A stretch of 64,000 nucleotides of DNA from NCBI GenBank assembly GCA_030295235.1, contig AP026136.1, forward strand, positions 930,001-994,000. Direction: 5' to 3'. The translations under genes were made by a program, and so were the position numbers. The notes beneath the pieces were generated by a model. It made no database searches. It saw only the letters and a program-made list of their open reading frames with translations, and was not told where the DNA came from. Of the stretch, positions 23,662 through 34,701 are shown piece by piece (the stretch's first letter is position 1; the number at the start of each line of letters is the position of its first letter). The DNA is from Fistulifera solaris (lineage: Eukaryota).

Positions 23662-24181
23662 GTTGATGAGGGGGGGAGTTTGTGTGCCACTGGTCCGGCT
23701 AGGATTGTGACGCCGCCCGCATTCTTGACACTTGCACAGTTTTTCAAGCCAGCTCATGCTATCATTAGATCCACTTAAACTTATAATCATCGACCCTTGT
23801 TGCAGTTACCACACCTTTTGATAGATTATGTGGGTCTTAGGTAACGTTCCCCTCCTATGGTCCTCTTTAAGTTGGTCCAAATCTATTGTTGCTCTCTCGT
23901 GTTGCGTGGAGTGCCAAATGCCAACAATTTGCTTGACTGACGTCACAATTGGAAGTCGTTCGGAATGCTATTCCAGAATTTCTTTCGGGAAAAAACCTCG
24001 TCCGCACAAACAATGAACTCGGTCGGCATTTGTGATGGTTGGAGCGTGATGTCGGTTACCAACTGTCTTTTTTACAACTGACAACAAGTTGAAAAACGCG
24101 ACCTAAACAAAACGCATTCGACTTGCATTGTCACGAGAAACAACTTCTGACGGATTGGGAGGGACTTTTCATATCGCCTCG

Positions 24182-25672
24182 ATGGGGAAGCCCTGGACAC
24201 TTGTTCTTCTTTTGCTAAAACTCTTTGCAGAGGCACAATCGTTTCGTGGGCCCTGTAACTACCGACGCCATGAACCCCTTCCGTCGAATGAATTATTTGT
24301 GTCAATTTCAGCGAATAGAGAAGTCTCAAGAGATATACTGGCAGAGGAATACGACACAATCATACATCTTTCGGAAACAGCACTTTTAAATCCAGGACAA
24401 CCAAGTTGTTTGCGAGCGTTGGAAACTCTTAGCCAGTTGTGTCGTCAACGCAAACCGTACCGTTTCGAACAAAGCAATCATCGTCGCGAAGGAAGTCTTC
24501 TCGAGAAAATCGAGGGGCTGATTCCTACTGAATCGACAGAGAAAATATTTCAAATAGTGACAGAAATGCAAGAGAATGGATGGCTCAGCACGAATCCAGA
24601 CTCTGTCGACGGTCTCCCTAGCTTTCATCTCAATCTCATTAGCTCAGGAAAGAAGATTGTCGACGACGAAACCTCACAAACATGCGACACAGTACCATCA
24701 TTCGAAGATGATGTTGACGCATTAATACGGCTTGTTTCGCCATATGTCTACGAACAACTTCTACCTCTGGTACAGCAACGACTGGCTACCAAAGATATCC
24801 AGGTCTCTGATGTTTTTCTTCGTCGATACGGGGACGATATAATTGACGGTCAGTCTCGCCACGGAATTTCGGCGCATTACGACGTCTTTTCTAGAGCCAC
24901 TTGTGTGATAGCCTTGGATGATACAGTGAAGGATGGAAGAAACGGGCTTTACACAACACAAGAATCTTGTCGTGGTGATAGGACGTGTTCTAATCATCGC
25001 TCGTTACGACGGTTTTTCCCCTTGTCATCTGGCGATGCCGTTTTTCACACTTGGGACGTACTTCATGGTGTTGATGTCGAGCCAGGCGTCGACAGAACTA
25101 GTTTGATTGTCTGGTTTACCTCCAAAGAAAAAACAGAAAATCAGAGTGCGGTACCATGGCTCACCAATCGGAATGATTTAAAGACAAATCATGTTGCTCA
25201 GTTTGTTTTAGCGAGCAGCCTTGAAAGCAGCGAAGATAATCTTTTGGGTGTAAAGGCTCATGAGTTATACCTTCAAAGTGCTACACGCGGCAACCTTTTT
25301 GCAATGACCAGACTAGGAAGTCTTTGTGAGAACGATGAACTAGCTGGCGATGAACGAGATCGGATTAGTATGCTGTTGACAGCTTTAGAGAAGAGACATA
25401 AGTCTCTCCCAGAGCAGTTTCTTTCAAAGGAACGAGATTCACACCTAGATTTGGCGAAACGCCTTTGGTGGCAAGCATCGATGCGTGGCAATCCGATAGC
25501 TCAAGTTGCACTTGCAGATGAGTTGATGGCAACCGCTATGTCTCAAGAATGTGATGTTGAAAAATATTTTGAAATGGCAAGTGTTCTCTTTGCCTTAGCC
25601 GCTCAGCAGGGTAACGATCATGCAATTGAATCGTTGCATCGCATACAAGCTTTGGAGGCCGCTTTTCGGTGA
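24182..25672 (+). CDS. 2OG-Fe(II) oxygenase with C-terminal Sel1-like repeats, probable plastid presequence
   Basis: 'AQSF' after hydrophobic signal; SAHYD, VLHGV, RTSLIVW; 'SATRGNLFAMTRLG', 'ASMRGNPIAQVALA', 'AAQQGNDHA'. Confidence 0.78.
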   Translation: MGKPWTLVLLLLKLFAEAQSFRGPCNYRRHEPLPSNELFVSISANREVSRDILAEEYDTIIHLSETALLNPGQPSCLRALETLSQLCRQRKPYRFEQSNHRREGSLLEKIEGLIPTESTEKIFQIVTEMQENGWLSTNPDSVDGLPSFHLNLISSGKKIVDDETSQTCDTVPSFEDDVDALIRLVSPYVYEQLLPLVQQRLATKDIQVSDVFLRRYGDDIIDGQSRHGISAHYDVFSRATCVIALDDTVKDGRNGLYTTQESCRGDRTCSNHRSLRRFFPLSSGDAVFHTWDVLHGVDVEPGVDRTSLIVWFTSKEKTENQSAVPWLTNRNDLKTNHVAQFVLASSLESSEDNLLGVKAHELYLQSATRGNLFAMTRLGSLCENDELAGDERDRISMLLTALEKRHKSLPEQFLSKERDSHLDLAKRLWWQASMRGNPIAQVALADELMATAMSQECDVEKYFEMASVLFALAAQQGNDHAIESLHRIQALEAAFR

Positions 25673-25777
25673 AACCAATATGCTGCAGAACTCAATCTAC
25701 TCATCACACGATCAGTAACAAAGTCGGCATTAGTAGTTTCGAACAAGTAAGATTCTAATACTCCGTATTAAGTAGTC

Positions 25778-26906
25778 TTAACGTTTGTATCCTGCAGCTT
25801 TTTTGTTTTTCTGACGGATTTCATCGTCTTGCACATTGTGAATAAAAATCTCGTTACCTGGTTGTACATTAGTGCTGCCTTTGCTCCAATCATAGCTGCT
25901 AGCATATGCAAACAGATTTCCTTGTGCGTTGAACGCGGCGCAAGGTATCGTACGTTGCGTTGCATTGAAGCCTTTAAGTCTTTGCTTGTTGTCTTTGTCC
26001 CAAAAGTTCACTACGCCATCACTTCCAACAGTCGCAAATGTTCCATGTCCCGGGTGAAACGCGATACCATTTACGGAATAAACAGATGAATCTTGGCGAT
26101 GACATTTGAACGCAAAGCTTTCTTTTCCGGCGACTTTTTGTAGATAGTGGATGCCAACGCGTCCCTCGATACTTCCGACGGCGAATCCTGTAGAATCGGG
26201 GAAGCAAGAGATGCAACGAGATTGATACTTAAGAGGCGACTCTCTGCGGGAATGCTCCCGGGGTTGACCCGAGCAATCGTACGCGATGATGTGTCGACCA
26301 GCCGTTGCAACTACCAAAAGGTTCTCATGGACGTCAAGATCGTACACTCGTTCGGGCAAATCAAACACTCCCACCGGTTGCTGTTGTCGCTGGTCCCAGA
26401 ATTTCAGTTTCGAGTCCCAACCTCCGCTAACGACTAAATTGGATGACCGAATGTATCCTACACCTTTGACAGGCTGATCATGTGCTCCAATTTGATTGGG
26501 GACATTATTTGGGGGTGCTTGTCCTAGCTGATACATGCGCACCGCCTTGTCACAACCCCCCGAAAATACCTTTGTTCCGTCCGCACTGAAACACGCACTC
26601 AGAACAGGTGCATTGTTTTGGTGATTGACTAAAAGAAGGCGAAAAAAATGAGTTCGGCAGTGTGAAGTGAATATCAAAACACCTCGTTTTCTTACCTTGA
26701 GCTGCAGGCATGGCCTGGATCTGTCCTCCTTGTTCTTGGACTTGCCAGCAGCGAAGACCACCGTCCCAATTTCCTGAAACAAGAATATTCGCTGTAGGAC
26801 TCCACTTCAAACAGGAAATACCATCATTACCCGGCTGGGGCACGCAGCAGTCACTCGGCGTTAGAGCATTCGGATTACCCGCAGGAGGAGCACCAAACGT
26901 TGACAT
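25778..26906 (-). CDS. RAE1: mRNA export factor Rae1/Gle2 (WD40)
   Basis: SPLKYQSRC, GSIEGRV, FAFKCHR, FWDKDNKQRLK, YASSYDWSKG; intron 26629-26695. Confidence 0.93.
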
Positions 26907-27600
26907 GTTTGCGGAGCTAGGAGGCTTCTGACCTTTTAATAAAGACTATTCGATAACTCTGGAGAAGTCTGGAGGAGAAAGAAGCGATAAATTGGTTTTG
27001 AAATATTATCGTCGTCACCCAAAAGATCTCATTAACGTTATGGACCAGGTATGCTGCAAAAGGAGACGAGTGTTTGGTGTGAAGTGTGCTGCAAAAATTT
27101 ACCCCTTCTGTGCTTAGCGTACGTACGGCGTACGTCATTTTCTCCATCTTGCAGTTTATCCTACAGCGTACAGTATCATCTACAGGGCACGGCGTTAAAA
27201 ATTCCCCGCCTTGCCGTCGCAGCGTGTTAGGAAAGACCTTTTCGATTAGGGTTTTTCATGACTCCATCGCACAGTCTCTCACTCTCTCAGCGTGCAGAAT
27301 TTTGTAGCGGCTGTGTTAGTGCGTAAAAAGACCTCGTACTTCGTCCCCGACGCCGTTTTACTCATTCATCTATATAAATTGTAAGGCATTTCACATAATG
27401 TCTATGAAATTCCCTATAGAGTTTAATGTAGTCTTTAACCACATTTTTGCTTATAGTCGCTCACGTTTGTGTTTCAACGGCTCGCCAACGGATTTCATGT
27501 GGCACTCGCTAATACGGCAGTTCAGCGGTCTTTCAAAATCTACGTTTATTGAGAGGCCCGATAACGCAAACTACGTTTTGGTCTCAAGCATGTGCAACTT

Positions 27601-27710
27601 CCCGCCATTCCCCAACTTTCCCCGCCATTCCCCAACTTTCCCCGCCATTCCCCAACTTTCCCCGCCATTCCCCAACTTTCCCCGCCATTCCCCGTACTTC
27701 CCCAGATTTC
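27601..27710. repeat. 20-bp tandem repeat (CCCGCCATTCCCCAACTTTC) x4 plus degenerate copies
   Basis: Four exact copies at 27601-27680. Confidence 0.95.
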
Positions 27711-28254
27711 TCGTTAGCCCAGAATTTCCTGGAATAAATTCGTGAATTACCAATCACGAGTTGCGCATTCTGATCTACCAGGTACCTTGAAAATGACAAG
27801 TAAACTTATTGATGGCTGAGACAATTAACGAATTTTAAAAGTAAATAGAATTTTTATGAATTGAACTGATGCTCTACAGTAGTCTTTCACGACCTTGGTC
27901 GATTGTCTAACTCTTGGCCACGTGCTACACGATCAGTTGCTCCTAGCGCTGGGCCCGTCGTCGAGTCCATTCCAGTCCGTCTGCTGCACCAAGCATTTCT
28001 GCCAGTGCTGTTCCGAAAGCGGAAGACCGCGAGTGAGGTGCCCAGCCAGCTCGTCTCCCACGGATAGTCCTGCACCCTCTAGTAGAGCGGAGCTCCAACG
28101 CCTTTTCCAGTATCAGGTATGCTCTATTTTCGTGATGTACAAGTACTACGCACGTAGTCTGTACATTTTCGATTCGCTCAAATTTGAGACTTTGAAAGAG
28201 AGCTCTTTGTTCGCGTAGGACAAGGGTAAGAACGCTCTGACATGTCTTTTATAC

Positions 28255-28402
28255 TTCCCCGGATATCCCCGATAATCCCCGGGATTCTCGGGGATTCTCG
28301 GGGATTCTCGGGATTCCCCGAGATTCCCGGGGATTCTCGGGGATTCCCGGGGATTCCCCAACTTTCCCCAACATTCCCCATCTTTCCCCGAAATTCTGGA
28401 AT
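28255..28402. repeat. Degenerate ~10-bp periodic C/G-rich tandem repeat (GGGGATTCTC/CCCC-type units)
   Basis: Runs of ggggattctc/ggggattccc grading into ccccaacttt units shared with the 27601 array. Confidence 0.9.
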
Positions 28403-29064
28403 TGAGCGAAACGTAATTTACACCGGGGTAAATTCACGTAAACATAGTTTTTGCGATGCGACAGGCAAAATGCGTTTTTGTCAACGAGTACCAGATGCAA
28501 TCCGTTGGCGAGTCTTCGAAACACCAACTGGAGCGACTATTGAACAAGATGGTGTCTTAAGACTACATAAAAACTTAGAGACAAAGAATAATTGATATAA
28601 TGTGAAACGCCTTACCATTTTATATAGGCTATTTAAGTGGGGCCCGTTGGAGATGAAATACGAGGTCTTTTTTTACGTAGTAACACAGCCTTTACAAAAT
28701 TCCGCACGGTGAGAGAGTGAGAGACTGTGCGATGGAGTCATGAAAAACCCTAATCGAAAAGGTCTTTCCCGACAAGCAGCGACAAAAAGGCGGGGAATTT
28801 TTAACGCCGTGCCCAGCAAATCAATCTAAAACTTTTTTCTCTAGTCTAGTCGAATCTATACATCTGTCTAGCCTAGTCTGATGTAAACAAGGAATAGAAG
28901 AATCGCTGCGGCTACTCGGTTGACTCTACTGGAAATGCGCGCGAAATATTCGTGCAAAGAGATTTGACTATTAAAAGAGCAACGCAAGCAAAGGGATGGA
29001 AAAACAAATAGCCGCTTTTTTTGGAGAGCATTCAACTATTCATTGTTTGACTGTCGACAAAAAG

Positions 29065-29698
29065 CTACTTTGTAGGAGCTGTCTCCTCGTCCGAGTCATC
29101 CAAATGAGGTGGTATGTATTTCTTCTTCCACGAGCTGTAATGAGATGTCTTCTTCCACATGTAGTAAAATTCTATCACTTCTTTGGTTGTTTTGCTGCCA
29201 ATTTCACTTTGCACTTTTTCAAATTGCTTGCCGTGTTGTATTAAGGCAGCTTCGAAAACGGCGATTTCGTACGGGGACCATTTCTCGATCACGAGGGACC
29301 GACGCATCGGGCTTTTCAAATATCCTAGTGCGGAAACGGCTTCTAAGGGGAACTGGAGTTTGCTGGGGTCGTAACCGTACGATCCGAGTTCGGAAATGGG
29401 CGTTAGCATTAGGTTGCTCGCAAAATCTACATATTCTTCTGTCAGACGATGGACTTGTGCGGGGGGTAAGGATGCGACTGTTAGCATTTTCTTATCGAAA
29501 TTGTACTTCTGTTACAAAAGTGTGCGAGAAATTACCTTTCCACCGCGTACGTTCAACAGGTGTAGTGGTATCTGTTGATTCATCGGATCTCATTCGTTTT
29601 TGGTCAATTCCTTGTTCGTCACTTCCTTGGGTACGACTGCGTTTGTTCGTATCGTGTTCTTCCAAAGTAACTCCTTTTTTATTATCAGAGGATGGCAT
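29065..29698 (-). CDS. SANT/Myb-domain protein (ELM2-SANT/MIER-like C-terminus)
   Basis: 'KWSPYEIAVFEAALIQHGKQFEKVQSEIGSKTTKEVIEFYYMWKK'. Junction near 29500 unresolved (intron or frameshift). Confidence 0.8.
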
Positions 29699-30607
29699 AA
29701 TTCTCGTTACTTCGTAGATAGCTTTATGCACGTGGATGTTTATGGTTGAAGCGGGCAACTTGTAATGTTGTTTCCTCCTACGCAGTATCGCTTTTCTTTT
29801 CGTTTTATGACCTGATTGACTTTGTTCTTCGTTGTCATTGAAGGTTCGAGGTCAGCCAAAAAGGAGGAGGAGGAATCGATAACGCCGGACGAGCTAAAGA
29901 GGGTTTCCATCTAGATGCTTTTAGTCGTGACAACTTTGTTCACGGTACATAAAATTTGATTTACTACCGGTCCTTCGGAGTTACAATTATTGTTAAAAGT
30001 ATCATGCCAATCCTCCACCCCGCAACACTTACCTGGTAACAGTAACTCGAACCGAAAGTGAACATGGAACGACAACAAAAAAAAATAATCAAAGCAACTT
30101 TGCATTAATTCTGACCATACCAAGTTGGCTTGCTCTTTTCCTTATTTTCATGACTTTTGTGTATAAAGATGACGACACTGGTAAGTCCGCCGAGCTTACT
30201 TGATTACTTCAAAGCGTTTTGTCGGTCGACTTATTGAGGCGAATAGTTGCGGTAATATTGATTTTCCGCCATCGTGAAAAATAATGGAAACATGGTTTAT
30301 CAGCGTAGTTGGTGGTCAATCCGACATTTGATCGGGGGGAATAGTTATCGATGCTTCCAACGAAAATGACGTCTCTCTCGTTGGGAAAGCAGGGAATGGG
30401 AGAAGAGCGATACTTGCTGCCATTTTCTCGTTTCGTTCGACTAAACGTGATAACTACTGCAAGTACTGTCTTATTGATCTTGTTTGCGTTGAATATTCCC
30501 GTTCATTTCCTTTTCCTGATACTCTTTTGTCGCTTCTATTATTCATTGTCAAATTTTTGTTTTGGCTCACTTTATGTTTAACCTGATTGATATACAACAT
30601 CACGCAG

Positions 30608-32284
30608 ATGTCTGGAGATAAATCGTCTGACTTGATCATACAAAATCTTCTGGGCGAAGGGTCTTTTGGTGCCGTGTACAAGTCGATTCACAAAGCCACG
30701 GGAGCGGTTGTTGCTGTGAAAATCATCCCCAACTCCACCATCGAGGATGAAAAGATCAAGGGTGAAATAGACATTCTGAGCCGCTGTGATTCGCCTTACA
30801 TTGTAGGGTATTTTGAATGTATCATTCGTCCCCCAACAGATAAGCCGGGTGAACTATGGATTGTGATGGAATATTGCGAAGGCGGCAGTATGACGGATCT
30901 GTTGGAAGCGAGTAATGGATATCCATTGCCTGAGGATTCTATACGAGTTGTCTGCGCTTCGGTTGTGCTGGGACTTGAATATTTGCATGGAGTAGCAAAT
31001 GTTTGTCATCGCGATATCAAATGGTAAGAGTTTGACGTTGTTTATTGTATGATGGCCTGACTTTGACTCAATTGTTTGCCTTCTACACTCAGCGGTAATG
31101 TTCTGCTGACCGAGGATGCGCATGTCAAACTCGCTGATTTTGGTGTTTCGGCGGAATTGAGCAATACATTGAACAAAAGAAAGACAGTCGTGGGTTCGCC
31201 GTATTGGATGGCGCCAGAAGTCATCCGAGAATCGCATTACGATGGTCGTGCGGATGTTTGGAGTCTCGGTATTACAGTAATTGAAATGGCCGAGGGTGCA
31301 CCACCGCATGCAAACCTGCATCCACTTCGAGCTATCTTTGTGATTCCGACTAAACCTGCCCCTACTCTAGCTGATCCCGATATTTGGTCGCCAGAAATGT
31401 TGGATTTCGTTCGCTGCTGTTGTCGGAAGGAACCAAGTCAGCGATATGATTCCGCTCTTCTTAGTTCGCATCCTTTCATTAAGCAAGAAGTTATTGCACT
31501 TCGGGAAATGTATCGTATCGAGAATGAGCATTCTACTGCAAATGGAGACGCAAGGGCAAAGTACACACGAATGGCAGAAGCTCATCAGCGACCACCTGGT
31601 CTGCCGGCACTTCGACGTGTCTGTGAGGCATTGACAAAGCGAATGAGCGCAGTGAAAGATAAGAGAGGTAAAGACAAAAGCGATTCTGCAAAGGATCCTG
31701 ACTTTTCAGTAACGCCCAAGTCACTTGGTACCAATCCGGATTTAAAAAACCAAAGCGCAGCAAGCGGAGAACCTCAAACGCCTATAGAAGATGGAACATT
31801 TCATGTTGGACAGTCCGGGCAGCCAGCCTCGGTCTCAGGGACGCATCGATCGGCTCAGTTCGATGGGTTAGAGTCGGATACTTTTCTTTTCTCTGCCCTG
31901 AATATTGACGACGACCCAAGCCTAGCAAATGATTCAAAACTACGAGAGGATCTCAATACATTATCTGAGGCGTTTCAAGCTCGTAAAAATGCTTTGTTGA
32001 TTGCCTTTAAGATGGCACAGCAGCAGCTGATAGTTGAGTCACAAGGGCGAAACATGTTACCAGTTGATGTGGGAGAACTCATGTCAGCTGCTGCGTCCCA
32101 TCATCAACTCAATCAGCAGGCAGTTGTGGCGATGGAAGAAGCAGCGAAGCTTCCAGCAGTAGCAGACATCATTAGCAAAGTAGAGGACAAAGCATTTCCG
32201 GATTCACTGGCTGATGAGATAGCCGAATTTACCGCTATGGAGCAGAACCATTCAAAAATGAGAGTCAAAATGGCGTATCGGTAG
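30608..32284 (+). CDS. STE20-family MST/Hippo-like Ser/Thr kinase
   Basis: LGEGSFGAVYK, VAVK, WIVMEYCEGGS, HRDIKCGN (across intron 31024-31092), KLADFGVSA, TVVGSPYWMAPEV, HPLRAIFVIP. An upstream exon is possible. Confidence 0.92.
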
Positions 32285-32753
32285 AAACTGCGAAATATGG
32301 ACTCACTGAATTAATGTTGGCGCCCATTGAGGAAAGTGAAAACCAACAACCTCTGGAGGCATCATGAATTTTATTACAATAGTATCCAAGTATTGCGGTT
32401 CTCCTGGTCTTGGCGGCTTTGAGGACCGCGAATGCACTTTATGGATACTGTAAGTAATAACATGTTGGTCACACGGAAAACGTAGGTAATGCATAATAGG
32501 AGACGGTAAATCTTTCGTTTGATCTGCACTTTTCGTTCAATCATCATTGAAGTAAACCAATCTATTGACCTCTTACGTGAAGAAGGCATCGATCCGCTAG
32601 GATTTGCGACACAAAGAATCGAAGCGTGCATCAACAATGCTGCTGGAGGGACTGCATCAATTTAAGAGAATAGTCCGAGTGTCTTTTATCAAGCTAGCCG
32701 AATATTTGGAGCTAGATACCAGTAGCAAGGTTAGGCTCGGAAGAAAATGTATC

Positions 32754-33030
32754 CATGACTGAAATGCGAGTCGTGTCGAAAAAGTCGCCTTCAATTTGGG
32801 GCTATAGTAAATAGAGAAGACCACTACTCGCTAGGCTTTTCGTCATTACAAGTACCAGGTACCTGGTATGGTACATCCATCCGTGCATTGAAAATGTTGT
32901 CCAAAGGTAGTTTTATCGCGACAGCGACCTGTGCAGCTCAACAACAAAAACATTCTGGAATGAACGGACAGTGACTCATGACTGAATTGCAGTCTTGGTA
33001 AAGTTGATACAACTTGGGACTGTACTGTAT
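32754..33030 (+). repeat. Degenerate tandem dimer of the 226-bp family
   Basis: CATGACTG hairpins at 32754 and 32977 (223 bp apart). The first copy keeps cgaaaaa, ctatagtaaata and aggcttttcg. Confidence 0.75.
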
Positions 33031-33120
33031 GTAGTGTAAGTCCAAGCTTGGGGCGTTCTCGGAAAAATAATACGTTCATTCGAATGAATGGATCCATGAT
33101 GTATATTTGATTCAATAACA

Positions 33121-34317
33121 ATGGACAGTTCAGATAGGCTAAAGTATGAAGTTCACATCGATGGATCTACTTTAGAGGGCGGTGGACAAATCTTGCGGAA
33201 CGCGATCTCCTATGCCAATCTGTTGCGCAAAAGCCTCAGAATCGACAAAATTCGATTTGACCGCCCCCGACCTGGTTTGGCGGCACAACATGCCGTGTCT
33301 CTTCAAATAGCGACCAGCATTTGCGGAGGAAAACTTTCTGGTGATTCGATTGGGTCTACTAAGATATCATATGAACCTCAGCGTTTTGTAGGTAACGGCT
33401 TGGCGGCCGAAGAAAAAGAAGTTGTTGGGGATACCGGTACTGCTGGATCCATTTGTTTACTGCTACAAGCTGCCCTTCCCTGTGCACTTTTCAATCAGAG
33501 CCCCGTAAAGCTTATTTTGAAAGGAGGAACGAATGCTACCATGGCTCCTCAATTTGATTACTGGGAAAGAGTATTTTGGCCGACTATGCGATATAGATGT
33601 CAGTTAGATCCAAGCCAAGTCGAAGCAAATGTCATCCGGAGAGGCTACTATCCCTGTGGTGGCGGTGAAGTCCATGTGCAAGTGAAACCACTGAAACAAA
33701 AATTGGGTCCTATTCGAATAACAGAACGAGGCGAAATCAAAATCGTACGGTTACGATGTTTTCATGCCGGAAGGGTACCACGATATCTCGCAGAGAAAAT
33801 GCTTCAGGCGGCGAAAGCAGAGTTATTTCAGAGCAGTTTGGGTTTGAAAATGGAGCAAATGGAGGCTGTGGTGGTGAAAGAAAACAATGCAGTTGGTAAT
33901 GGTCTTGGCTTGATGATAACAGCTGAAACGACTACAGGTTGTTTCTTTGGAGGATCAGCTTTGTGTGCTCCAAAAAACGATGCAAGGTCGGTGGCAAGGG
34001 ATTCTGCTCAAGAGCTTATTGCATCTTTGGAAGGGGGAGCTTGTGTTGATCAGTGGTTACAAGATCAACTTATTCTTTACATGGCCCTTGCGGATGGAAT
34101 ATCGGAAATCATAACTAGTTCATTGACGCAACACACACAAACTGCTATTTGGGTGGCCGAATCTTTAACGGATGCTCGCTTTGAAGTCACGACTTTGGAC
34201 AATGGTAATTTGCAACATTCTGCGTTAGTTGATCGAAACTATGGATCGGAAGGTCAGATATTGGGAAAGCATCGAATTCGTTGTGAAGGAATAGGCTTTG
34301 AACCACAAATAAACTGA
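33121..34317 (+). CDS. RTCA: RNA 3'-terminal phosphate cyclase
   Basis: DGSTLEGGGQILR, RPRPGLAAQH, TAGSICLLLQ, LKGGTN, RRGYYPCGGGEV, LQDQLILYMALA. Confidence 0.92.
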   Translation: MDSSDRLKYEVHIDGSTLEGGGQILRNAISYANLLRKSLRIDKIRFDRPRPGLAAQHAVSLQIATSICGGKLSGDSIGSTKISYEPQRFVGNGLAAEEKEVVGDTGTAGSICLLLQAALPCALFNQSPVKLILKGGTNATMAPQFDYWERVFWPTMRYRCQLDPSQVEANVIRRGYYPCGGGEVHVQVKPLKQKLGPIRITERGEIKIVRLRCFHAGRVPRYLAEKMLQAAKAELFQSSLGLKMEQMEAVVVKENNAVGNGLGLMITAETTTGCFFGGSALCAPKNDARSVARDSAQELIASLEGGACVDQWLQDQLILYMALADGISEIITSSLTQHTQTAIWVAESLTDARFEVTTLDNGNLQHSALVDRNYGSEGQILGKHRIRCEGIGFEPQIN

Positions 34318-34701
34318 AACTCATGAATTGTTTTGAATAAAAAAGTTTTTGGTTTTCAACTACTCCATAGTCATTATTTGCAGGTACCGGTACCGTACCA
34401 GTATCGTTACCTCAAATAACGACGACCCTTCTCCTCGTGTTTTAACGACGGGAATGAACGCCTTCAGATGATTCACGAACGTACCGTACGCCGTACGTCA
34501 ATACAAAGTAGATACGTCAGTTTTCTCCCTCCATCCGGGTTAAAAAATGAGACCACGTCCACGTGCGTTTATACTCTGACGGCAAAGCAAAGAATAAAAA
34601 CCACGAAGCCACCGACATCAACATTGCTGTCTTATTTCGCTAGATGTAAAACAGTGTGATTGTTTCTCTCTTCGTCATACTACCTAGAAGTATATTGCAA
34701 T

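Larger units (their letters stand above)
27186..28813. mobile_element. Non-autonomous DNA transposon with long imperfect TIRs (PIF/Harbinger-like), 3-bp TSD CAG
   Basis: Left end GGCACGGCGTTAAAAATTCCCCGCC (27186) is the reverse complement of the right end (ending 28813). Similarity runs ~215 bp. CAG flanks both ends (27183-27185, 28814-28816). No transposase ORF inside. Confidence 0.85.

Noticed and set aside
27601..27710. Interstitial telomere repeat
   Set aside because: The unit is not TTAGGG-like and lies inside a TIR element.
27549..28595. Short repetitive ORFs (SPTFPAIPQL, GNPRESPRIP)
   Set aside because: Translations of the 10/20-bp tandem repeats, open in several frames on both strands.
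29065..29698. SANT gene as the Myb/SANT partner ORF of the adjacent Harbinger-like element
   Set aside because: It lies outside the TIRs/TSD and resembles host ELM2-SANT corepressor domains.
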